A stretch of 64,000 bases of DNA from Eledone cirrhosa. Lineage: Eukaryota. A program made the position numbers and the translations under genes. The notes below the pieces were generated by a model. That model was not told the DNA's origin. It ran no database searches and saw nothing but the letters and a program-made list of their open reading frames with translations. Where the stretch lies: contig OZ024741.1 of assembly GCA_964016885.1 (NCBI GenBank), forward strand, positions 252,526,001 to 252,590,000, given 5' to 3'. Shown piece by piece: positions 24,310-35,510 of this stretch (within the stretch, counting starts at the first letter, position 1; each line of letters begins with the position of its first letter).

Positions 24310-26337
24310 CCCCTAACCCTTTACGGAGTTGTTGGGGCACTTTACTGTTGAACATTGCACCAACTGCTTCCATCTCTGACAGTCATTGGCCAGTATTGTG
24401 GAAAAGTTCTTTCCTATCCACTCAGCTATGTTATCAGTCCGCCACTTCCTCTGTCTGCCTCGCTTTCTCTTGCCCCGCACTGTTCTCTGGAGAATCATCG
24501 TTGCGTGTCTGCTCTTGTTACATGTCCATACCACCTCAGCTTCCTCCTCTTCACAGTGGTCAGGAGATCTTCAAAATCGCTCACATGCTGGGTGATTCTT
24601 TTGCGGACTTCCTCTGCTCTGTGTAGGAGATTCCCCGGATTCTCCAAAAATCATCTCAACACCCCTGCTTGGACCTTCCTTTACAGTTCCACAGTTAGGG
24701 TCCATGACTCACATGCGAATAGGAAAATGAACATGACCAACACACACAGTAATTTTATTTTTTTACTTGAGAATGGTGTTTTTATCTCTCCAGAGTGGTT
24801 TCAGTTTAGCTGTGGTGGCTGTTAGTGCACTCCTTGCAAGGACCTCTGGCTTTGATCCCTCATCACTATTGATGGCACCAAGGTATTTTGAACTGTGTCA
24901 CAGTCTTCAGCTCTTGATCATTGACTGTGATCTTTCTTTCTATTGGCTTTGAGGAGTTTGTCATCAGCTTAGTTTTCTCAGTGCTGATCTCCATGTCGTA
25001 TCTAGTAGAGGTTATATCCAGGTGGTTCACCAGCTCAGAGAGTTCTTCTTCACTACCAGCTAAGCCATCAATGTCATCAGTGAACCTGAGGTTTGTGACA
25101 GTTCATCCTCCTACACTGAGCCAGGATTGCCCTCTAGGACGACCCTCATTATTCGTTCAAGGAAGATGTTGAACGGTGTCAGGGAGAGGAGACAGCCCTG
25201 CCGGACTTCTACTGACGTGTGGAACCAATCCCCCATCATGCCTTGGACCAGTACCACACTTGAGGCTTTCACACACAGCTGTTGTATCATGTGGATGATC
25301 TTTTGGCCCATGTTATATTTTTTCATTGTCGCCCACAATGTATCATGCTATATCCTGTCAAAGGGTTTCTTGAAGTCAACAAACCCTTGGGACAGATCCT
25401 GTTGGTGTTGGCTATACTTCTCACATAGAACTCTCAGATTGAAAATTTGCTCTCTGCTGCTCCTCCGCAATGATTTCCTCAGCCTGTGACTTAAGCCTCT
25501 TCAGAATAACTTTGAACATCACTTTGCTTGTGTGGCTGACAAGGATGATGGTTCTATAATTTTGTAGATTGTCTTTCTTGAGGAGTGTGATAATGAGTGA
25601 CTGAGTCCACGGTGATGGCCACTCTCCAGTCTGCCAGATCTTGTTACAGATTTTGGTAAGAACTTCAGTCACAGCCTCTCCTCCATGCATTATCAGTTGG
25701 AATGTTGTCTGTACCAGCTGTTTCTCCAGTTTTCAGTGATTTAATTGCTGTCTCCACTTCTTTGCTCAGGACAGGAAAGTCATTTTTGTTTGACACTTCT
25801 TGACTGATGAGTACCCTGGGGTCTCCATGGGTCTGATGGCTGTACAGCTTTAAGCAGTATTCTGTTCATCTCCTAGCAATGTCCTTTTCCTCTGTGAGGC
25901 ATTTTCCCTGCTTGTCTTGGGAATCACCAATGACAATACTGGCTTGGTCGTCGCCCGGGCTAACAAGGACCGTGCCATCCGTCGTACACCAGGGTGGAGG
26001 TGCTAAATATACATCTGGAAATGTATCGAAAAGTATCCGCATGAGGGAGAACCTCACAATTGCCACTTGGAACATGAGAACACTTGCCCAACATGGCAAA
26101 CTGCAGAAGTTCTTAAATTGTGTGATACAAGAAGAGAACTAAAAGCAGCCAAGCTTAAAACAACCGGAGCATCAACATACAGAGAGATCAGGAAAGGGAT
26201 GAAGAAGGCCAAAGCAGAATGGATAGAGAAGCAGTCCACTGAGATGGAAGAGTGCCCAAACAGGAACAACAACAAAAGGGCTTTCAAATTGTGAAAGATC
26301 TCACAAAACAGAAACACCCAAGTGTCAGCACCATTCA
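24310..26337 (-). mobile_element. BovB-like RTE LINE, decayed, with inverted 5' segment (25921..26337 on +)
   Basis: EWPSPWTQSLIITL...NYRTIILVSHTSKV; VRQGCLLS; GKRKRGRQRK. The plus-strand piece has IATWNMRTL and KKAKAEWIE. Confidence 0.85.
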
Positions 26338-26348
26338 TATATATATAT

Positions 26349-26387
<39 letters not shown>

Positions 26388-26789
26388 GGGAGTCAACAAC
26401 ACCATCAAAGCTAAACAACCTTATAATATTGGCACGAAGTCAGCCCATTTTGGGAAATGGGAAAAGTTGATTAAATTAACCCCAGTATATTACTGGTACT
26501 TTATTTTATCGACTCCGTAAGGATGAAAGGCAAAGTTAGAACTGAAAGTGTAAAGAGCCAGAACAAATACCACAATGACATTTTTTTAATGCAACGCTCT
26601 ACCAATTCTGCCAACCCACCACCCTCTAACAGCCCTATAATCTTGATACAGTTGTATTTCAGTAGCCCACTGTTGTATTTAAGGGGTCCACTGTTGTATT
26701 TCAGGACCAATACTTTGCTTTCAAAAAATAGCTGAAGTCTTAGGGAAAGATTAAACATTTTATATAAACAAATAAAACAATTAAGCTAA

Positions 26790-27032
26790 GCTTATTTCAC
26801 ATTGCTCCAGTTTACTCAGCTGTAGAAATGAGATGATAGGGACTGGGTCCCTATCATTCCACCGCAAAGTGGTCGTGGAGGTGCCACGGCAAAAAAGCAC
26901 CCAGCACTCACTGTAAATGAGGTTGGTGTTAGGAAGGGCATCCAGCTGTAGAAATCAAGCCAGAATCAGTTCCTGTCCCACCCTTGCAAGCAGGGAAAAA
27001 GCAGACGTAAAATGAAATGATGATGATGATGA
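26790..27032 (+). mobile_element. RTE-tailed SINE, 5'-truncated
   Basis: Matches the 3' part of 12237..12575; (GAT)n tail. Confidence 0.8.
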
Positions 27033-27360
27033 AAACAATTAAGCTAAGCATTTAGTCTAATAATTCCCTAGGGAATTAATAGTACTAAATTTATCGCTTA
27101 CTGTATTATTCATTCATGCATGCATTCATACATATGCGCACACACATTCACACACGAGCATATATATATATATATATATATATATACTGTGCTGATTGTG
27201 TTGTTATTTCTGTTTACCTTTTACATATATATATATGTTCACATGCCAGCACAAGAACAAGAATGAAGGGTTCATTCTACTGACATGGCTATAAAATTGA
27301 GGCTTGTTTGCATAATTGCAAACAAATCGAATGTTATTATTAATATTCGAAAACCGAAAA

Positions 27361-27548
27361 GGGCGGTGGATTGGCAGTATCGGTAGAGGGTTGGACGCCA
27401 TGCTTTCTAGCATAGTTACGTCCCTTTACGATCTGAGTTCAAATCCCGCCGAGGTTGCCTTTGCCTTTCATCCTTACGGGGTCGATAAAATAAAGTACCA
27501 GTAATGCACTGGGCAATTGCTGGCCTTGTGCCTAAAGTAGAAACAATT
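27361..27548 (+). mobile_element. Full-length tRNA-derived SINE with ~19-bp target-site duplication
   Basis: A-box TGGCAGTATCGG, B-box GTTCAAATCC; ttattaatattcgaaaacc on both sides. Confidence 0.9.
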
Positions 27549-27625
27549 ATTAATATTCGAAAACCTCAGATTACATTTATTGTATTCAGCCATGTAGAGC
27601 AAAAATTTTCTTTTTTATATATATA

Positions 27626-27655
27626 CTAGCAGAATGACCCGGCATAGCTCGGGAT
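27626..27655 (-). mobile_element. Helitron-like 3' terminus
   Basis: Minus strand: hairpin cccgagctatgccggg followed by tcattctgCTAG|t. Confidence 0.6.
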
Positions 27656-27799
27656 TCTAAACATAGATTGGCATGTTTATCCCTCCTTTCTGAAACAGTT
27701 TCGTCGTATGTTCACCAATTGATGCAGAACTCCTAATAAAATGTGAAGTCGCCTTGGGTGAATAGGCAATTGTTTGGTAAGTCCTGGACTTTCTGAATT

Positions 27800-28015
27800 T
27801 TATTCCGTTCGGCAGTGGAAGCAATGAGCCCCCCGCCCCACATTCACCGCGGCGTCCATGATATGGGATGGGGCAAAAGAGTCACTGACTGTGACGTCCC
27901 ATATGAGACATTTACCTCTCACCCAGGGACAAAGGATAAGACCGTCTGGTCTCTTCCCATCAATTCTGGATAAACCAGCCGGCTCCAGATCTGTGGGGAT
28001 ATTAACCCGAACCAT
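27800..28015 (-). pseudogene. Fragment of a restriction-like endonuclease (RLE) domain from a CRE-like non-LTR element
   Basis: EPAGLSRIDGKRPDGLILCPWVRGKCLIWDVTVSD (PD..D-type RLE signature). Confidence 0.7.
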
Positions 28016-28024
28016 GACCCATTA

Positions 28025-28700
28025 ACAGTGTAAATATTATATTATATATACAACGGTGTAATATATATTTATATATACACCGAGATGTGTAGGAATAGTG
28101 TATATATTATATCACACACACACACATATATATACAACAGTGTATATCTCTATATATATAACAGTGATACTGTAATACCAGTTAGAGTTGTATAGAAATG
28201 GTGTATATATTATATCTATTTATCTCTATATATACAACAGTGATATTGTAATGTCAGCTACAGATGTATAGAAATGATGTATATATTATATCTATATATA
28301 CATCAGTGTAATATAATCTATATATAGAACAGTGTAAAATATTATATCTATATATAGAGCAGTGTAATATCTCTCTATATATATACAGCGGTGTAATATA
28401 TTTTATCTATACATAGAGCCGTGTAATATTTTATATCTATATATACATCAGTGTAATATAATCTATATATAGAGCAGTGTAAAATATTATATCTATATAT
28501 ATAGAACAGTGTAATATCTCTCTATATATATACAGCGGTGTAATATATTATATCTATATATAGAGCCGTGTAATATTTTATATCTATATATAGAGCCATG
28601 TAATATATTATATCTATATATATAGAGAGCGATGTAATATATTTATATACACAAAGGTGGTATTGTTATATCAGCTATAGAAGTGTAGAAATGGTGAACT
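28025..28700. repeat. Degenerate AT-rich minisatellite (~25-30-bp units)
   Basis: Repeated 'tctatatata(c/g)a(a/g)cagtgtaatat' variants. Confidence 0.75.
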
Positions 28701-30142
28701 ATTTATTTAACAGGAGAGGAAATCCTCACAAAATTCTGTTAAATTGCCAAAGTTCTTGGTTTATTGACCACTTCCCTACTCACTGCTATCAGGACGGAGT
28801 TGTTCAACTACAGGCATGAGACCCACCAGCTGGAATGGTTATTTTCAACGTGTCTCCATCACTACCATCTGGAGTAACACCTCAATTCTGTTCCTTGTGG
28901 TTCTGCCACACTATCCGGGATCATATTACTGGGGTCTAAAAGTCTGTCTCGATCCCGGAGACTCACCAAGCTCATTCTTATCCCAGTTTCTGTTGCGTGA
29001 ATTGACAAGACTCTCCCCTCTTGCCAGGACGCCAGCCCATCGCAGCTATCACATTTTCAGCCGAGTATACTGGAGCAATGTAAAATGAAGTGTTTTGCTC
29101 AAGAACACAACACAAAATCCAGTCCAGGAATCGAACCCATGACATGATCGTAAGTCCAACACCCTTACCACTCGGCCATGCACCTTCACATGTCATTGGG
29201 ATGGCGATCTGTAAGTATTCATTCTCATATTTTTGCTGCAATTTTTGAAGCTTATTTAACAATTGATAAAGTAAGTCGCTAAAGGTGTAATATTAGCTAC
29301 AAATGTTCCTTCGAAGGGTCTTTAGCGTAACCTTACTCAATAGAGTGTGAAGCTCGGAGATCAGAGTCGCTACAGATAGAGCCATCACACACCGATATTA
29401 TGGACACGTGGCTAGAATATCTCAGGAAAGAATCGCAGGAATCGCCCCAAGTATAATCACTACTTTTTCGTATTGAGAGATGACAGCTCCGATATTACGG
29501 ACATGTGGTTAGAATGTCTCAGGAAAGAATCGCTGGACAAATATTACAGACAAAACCGACCCAGTTGTAAACAGTGAGAAAGGTGGTTGGATAGCATCCA
29601 TGAGTTCAGCTGATCTCATAGGATCAATTGGAGACGGTAGCTCCTGACAGGATCCGCTGGAAGGAGTGTTTGAGGACTATGCCCTCACCCTCCCCCAAAA
29701 ATATGTGCGCAAAGAAAAAGAATTCACTAAAATCAACCAAATACAGAAAATTTTAGTTAAATCAAATCAAAGGGAAGTAAATCTTGATACCTACAGAAGA
29801 AGGACAGCAGGAATTATTTCCCGTTGATAGTTACTCTTATTGGTTAAAACAATTACCACACAATGACAAATGACTTCTTGGTCGCTCTACCAGCTAAACA
29901 TACATTGAACAAAATATTTAAGGAAAATCATCGTAAGAAACATCAACTCCATTCTATCGTGAGACACTACTAATGAAAAATGACGAATATAGGAGAAATC
30001 GTCAATCCATATAAACTTTCACTGTTAACTCACAGCAGACGATAAAGAAATGTCTGTGTGTGTGTATATTGGCAATGTTCGACACCGTAATTTTTACTAT
30101 TTAACTGCCACATCACTTAATATCTACACTCCTACTCCTACA

Positions 30143-30181
<39 letters not shown>

Positions 30182-30413
30182 CTCTCTCTCTCTCTCTCTC
30201 CCTTAAATATATATATATATATATATATTTAATACAATAACAGAGATAGTTTAAAGCTAAACTCTGACTGGTATCCATCTCACTCAACAAACATTAGGTT
30301 ATATTTAAATATAAACCCAATTTAAGTGTTTGGGGTGCTAACAATATGTATAATGTGGAAAAACCAGTTGTATTATTTTATGAGATATAATTAAAGTTAA
30401 AATACATCTCTCT

Positions 30414-30538
30414 TTCCAAACAATTGTTTCATTATAAGTTTTCTACAAGTTGGGAGAATATTTCCAGTTTATGTAGAAGCCTAATATATATTCATATAAG
30501 AATATATTTAGGTGGGCGTTTATAAATCATCAGTGGAA
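30414..30538 (-). ncRNA. Type-I hammerhead ribozyme with large branched domain II
   Basis: ttcca CTGATGA t-ttataa...ttataa-t GAAA caattg TT tggaa. Confidence 0.7.
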
Positions 30539-30704
30539 GCCCATTAAACTTTGATATAAGAAAGAAATTCTTACCGCAGTCAAAAATCGTGTCTGTTAAG
30601 TTGCTCCTTCTCGCATCAAATGACCGCCAAATTTGAAATTCCAGCAGTTCTTGACTGAGGAAGTATCATAACGACACGAAGCGGGAAGGGGATATATATA
30701 TATA

Positions 30705-30833
30705 TAGGAACGAGTAGGACCCCGACGGCTGAGCTCAAGCCGTTTCGACGGCTAATTCTGGACTAAAATTTTAGTCCAGAATTAGTCGTCGAAATGGCTT
30801 GAGCTCAGCCGTCGGGGTCCTACTCGTTCCTAT
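30705..30833. repeat. Near-perfect ~128-bp palindrome
   Basis: taggaacgagtaggaccccgacggctgagctcaagccgtttcgacgg...ctaaaattttag...cgtcgaaatggcttgagctcagccgtcggggtcctactcgttccta. Confidence 0.9.
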
Positions 30834-30908
30834 TACCCACTCTACTACCCTAAGTATTGAGTACTTTGGTGCGTTATGATCCACCTGGTTCCTTACCACA
30901 TTTCCTTC

Positions 30909-30953
<45 letters not shown>

Positions 30954-30999
30954 ATAAAAATAAACAAGAAAGACGGTTTCATTTGTATATCCCTATTTA

Positions 31000-31071
31000 T
31001 TTTGTTACATGTGTTTCGAAGACGTAAGGCAGTTGTATAACAACTGCCATACGTATTCTCTTCAGACAAAA
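31000..31071 (-). ncRNA. Type-I hammerhead ribozyme; inverted decayed copy at ~31195..31266
   Basis: ttttgt CTGAAGA gaatacgtatggcagttg-ttata-caactgccttacgtcttc GAAA cacatg TA acaaaa. Confidence 0.8.
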
Positions 31072-31327
31072 ATCCAAACGAGATGTAAATATCCATTGAT
31101 ATGTTACCGGTCATATGTATATGCTTACTGGTCTGCAAAGAGAATAACATGTATGACTAGTAACATATCAATGGATATTTACATCTCGTTTGGATTTTTG
31201 TCTGAAGAGAACACGTAGGGCAGTTGTTATACAACTGCCCTACGTGTTTGATATGCGTAAAACAAAATAAATAGGGATGTACAAATGAAACCGTCTTTCT
31301 TGTTTATTATTATACTTATTATTGTTC

Positions 31328-33391
31328 TTTGAGTCTCAGTCATTGATGTTAGTTAACTGGAAAGTTTGTTGAAATGAATACCAAGCCACTACCTGCAGCC
31401 TCAGATATTCAGGACGTATCGGAGGGTTCTTGCTGTTCCCAGCAAGCATGCCTTTTGAAGCGTTCCAAAAAGCGTGGAGGGGCCAATTTTCTTTAACCAT
31501 CCCTGGAAAATTTTTGAGATAGTACCTAGTGTGCCTATGACAATCGGGACCACTTTGACTTCATGGCAGTTCCAAATCCTTTTTACCTCCCACTTTAAGT
31601 CCTGGTATCGGTTAATTTTCTCCCTCTCCTTCTCTTGCACTCTCGTATCGAATGGGCAGGCCATATCCACAATCAGGCACGATCTTTTTTCTTTGTCCAA
31701 AACCACCAGGTCAGGTCTATTGTGTTCCAGTTTCTTGTCCGTCTGTATCCTAAAATCCCACAGCACCTTCACCTGATCGTTTTCTATCACCGACTCTGGC
31801 TTATGCTCATACCACTTCTCAGAATGTGGTAAATTGTTTACTTTGCATAGGTGCCAGTGGATCACCTTGCCCATCACATCATGTTTCCAGCCCTTATAGT
31901 GAGTCTGGGCTAGGTGTTTACACTCGGATACAATGTGAGCCACAGTCTCCTCTCTCTCTCCATAGATCCTGCACAGTGGGCTAGCCTCCTCCTTGTAAAT
32001 ATGGTGTTTCAACCACTTCGTTTTGAGGGCCTGCTCTTGCGCAGCCATTAACATTCCTTCTGTAACCTTTTTAAGGTCTCCTCTTTTCAACCAGTTCCAT
32101 GTCTGTGGATCTCTAAATTCAGTTTTTTCAAAGAAGGTACTATGAAGGGATTTTTCATGAAGGCTGCTCTTTCTCCTTGTTGTTATTTCCTCCTTGAACA
32201 TCCCCTGGTCTATTGTCCTCTCCTTCAGTACAGTTCTGAGCATTGGCTCCTTACTATCAGTCACGTATTTGTGTAGGTTGTTTTTCTCCATCTGAACACA
32301 GTCCTCTATGCTGATGAGACCTATTCCACCTTCAGATCTCCTTAAGTAGAGTCTATCGACATCACTCCTCTTGTGGAACATGTTGTAGATAGTCAATAGC
32401 TTCCTAGTCTTCCTATCCATTTCTTTTTGTTCAGCAACATTCCATCTCAGAATTCCCGCACTGTACCTAATAATAGACACAGCTCGGGAATTTACTGCAC
32501 TTATGGCATTCCTACTGTTCAGATGTGACTTTAATACGCTCCTTACTCTCCTAATGTATTCAGATCTTATCAATTCCTTCATTTTTTTGTTCTTGATGTC
32601 ATCAGCCTCCAGAACACCCAAATACTTGTATCTTTCTTCAGTGTCAATTTCCTTTATCATCTCACCTGTTGGTACCTGGATTCCGTTGCTTCTGCTCAAT
32701 TTACCCCCACTTCATCACAAGGACTCCACGCTTACTAATACCAAATTGCATACATATATCATTGCTGAAAATACGGACAGTGTCAACAAGCACATCCAAC
32801 TCCTTCTCACTCTTCCCGAAGAGCTTAAGATCGTCCATGAAGAGGAGGTGATTGATGGTAAGCTCTCCCTTTCCTAACTTGTATCCTGCTCTCACTTTTC
32901 GCAGTATAATGGTCAGGGGCATCAGGGCAAGGGCAAACAACAGAGGGGACAGACTATCTCCCTGGAAGATACCTCTCTTGGTCTTCACGCCTCCCAAGGA
33001 TTCTCCAGCTGATATTAACTCTGTTTTCCAGGACTTCATACTTTTGCCCAACAACTGTCTGATGTTATCTGCCACCTTGAAGATCTCTAGGCTTTTGGTG
33101 ATCCAAGAATGAGGCACCATGTCAAATGCCTTTTTGTAGTCTATCCATCCCATGGCAAGACCAGTGTGTCTCCTCTTGCAATTCCTCATTACCATCTTAT
33201 CAATAAGTAACTGGTCCTTTGTACCACGGAACTTCTTTCGGCATCCTTTCTGTTCGTCCGGTAACAAGTTGTTTGTGTGGAGGTGATGGTAGATTTCCTC
33301 AGACATAATGCTTGTCAACAGTTTCCACATTACGGACAGGCATGTGATAGGTCTATAGTTGGTAACATCATTACCCTTGATTCGGTCTTTC
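31328..33391 (-). mobile_element. 5'-truncated R4/Dong-type RLE non-LTR retrotransposon
   Basis: NYRPITCL...[10 protein letters not shown]...HLLFMDD; degenerate CCHC (CRIYG..ETVAHIVSEC); WDFRIQTD..NRPDLVVLD..DMACPFD..VPIVIGTLG. Frameshift at ~32700; (TTA)n-like flanks. Confidence 0.9.
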
Positions 33392-33526
33392 ATTATTATT
33401 ATTAAAAAGGTACACATCTTGATTTAAAGAGAGGGATACCTCTCAATATTCGGGCTTTAAGCCCGAATATTCAGATTTATTTTTTAAAATCTTCGAAAAA
33501 AATCGCTTCCCCACCAAAAGAAAATT

Positions 33527-35501
33527 ATGGAAATTTTCGACCTTGAAACGGTAAACAACGTTCAGGTCAAAAGTTTAAAGGCAGCCACTGCAGATTTCAC
33601 CACGACTACGACGGCTACAGTCATGCCTGACATCCACTCTACTGAATGTGAAGGCAAAACTAAAAAGCTACCATCACAACCTTCTGCCATAGCAGCAGTA
33701 TCATCTGAAAACGACATCACCACCACCGCCACCACCACCACCACCACCACAACAACAACTCAGAGCAATAACGACAAAAACACCGACAGCTTCAATGTAA
33801 ACAAGGATGGCGGTGGCAACAGCAAGAATGACAACAACAACAATAAGAGCATCAGAAACACCACATTTGCTGCAGCAGCAGCAGCAAAAACAAAGCGCTT
33901 ATTGAATATCGATATTGATATTAGCGATAAAGACGAACAGTTGGCCAAAGCGTGGAGGCTAATTAAACGGGAGAAGTCCTGGGCAAACCTGACCATCCCG
34001 GACGAAGCAATAGCGGCCATGCAAAGGAGGACGGTGCTCTTTCGATGTATTTCGGTGCAGACACGAAAAGTGGAACTTGCGAGCCAAGCAGAGGTAGAGG
34101 CTGCTTTGGAGTACATCGGAAGTAACATAGAGTACAAAGCAAGAGGCAAACAGTTCGGTACCATCTCGGTACTGTTCAAATCCGAGGCCCTCGCTATTAA
34201 GCACTCGGTGATCCCCTGCAGAACGGAACGCATTATCATGCATCCGTCCTATATGGGTAAAAGGACAGTGAAGGTACGCATTCCCAGCATCCCACCAGGA
34301 ATGAACATATGGTGGCTGCTGGGATGCGTAATCGAGGAGGGGACAGACACCACCCTCCTGGACATCAAAAGGACAGAGAGAGAAGACTGGTCCGGAATGG
34401 ATTTGGAGATTCTTCTCCAAATGAAACCGGAGGATATAAATAACATCCCAGATTTTGCCCGCCTGCAGGACGGGACAACAATCCAATTAATGATTGACGG
34501 AAGAAGGCCACGTTGCTTCGTTTGCGGGGAAGCCACGCATCTTCAAGCCTTCTGCCTTCAGCGCAAAAATGCAGGGGGTCGCAAACCTCCTTTGTTGCCA
34601 ACGCCAGTGTCAGCACGGAAAGCTGCACCACCACCACCACCAAAAACAACATCAACAAAAACACGGACACCAACATCAAAAGCAGCCGGATCACCACCAA
34701 CACCAAAACCAATCCAAGGAGAAAACGAGGAAAGCTCTCCCACTCCCCCCCCAACTATATACATAGACAAAAAAAAAATAAACGCACACACAGACACAGA
34801 GACACTCACAGACACAGACCCTTTGTCTTCCAGCAGCGAAGATGAAGGAAAACCCAAAAGTGCAAAAAAACAGAGAAAACTCACAAAAAAAAAAAAAGCC
34901 CCAACAAAACACAAAAACACACACAACAAAAAATACAGACACCACTAACGCAGACACTTCCCCAATAACATCAGCACCATCAGCAACATCGACACCACCT
35001 CCACAATCCCCGAAACGCAAACAACCTAAACAAACACAAGTACAAATAAACACACAAATACCTGAAATTGCAGACACCACACCTACAACAAACATAGACA
35101 TACCCGAAACAACACCACCAAAACCATCGCCACCACCTTCACCAAAACGAAAACAAATAAAACCACACCAACAAAATGTTAAAAACTTCGTGCTTGTCAG
35201 AAGGGCCAACGATAAACTGATGGCCCTCTTAGCGCGAAGCGAGGACATTCAAACAGAGGGGGAGATTTTGGAAATGAGCACATTTTGCGTGCCAGAAGAT
35301 TTGCTTCTGGTCCGAATGTCACTCAATTCCTTCAAAGAAATTCGAGAGAGCTTTCCTCAAGACGTGGGAAACTCGAATGTGAAACCCACATCAAGGCTTT
35401 TAAAGGGGTTCCCAAAAGAAACCCCACCAACCATGGAGGTCGAACCACCCGACCTTCACAAGACCCGGGAGGTAAGTAAACCTTCCCTCTCTCTCTCTTA
35501 G
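33527..35501 (+). CDS. Tx1-type ORF1 (CCHC knuckle, Pro/Thr-rich tail), frameshifted near an A-run at ~34890
   Basis: CFVCGEATHLQAFC (CX2CX4HX4C). ORFs 33527..34948 and 34842..35501 overlap in different frames. Confidence 0.8.
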
Positions 35502-35510
35502 CTTACCAAT

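Noticed and set aside
25921-26010. HDV-like ribozyme near the RTE 5' region
   Set aside because: A nested double pseudoknot could not be built by eye.
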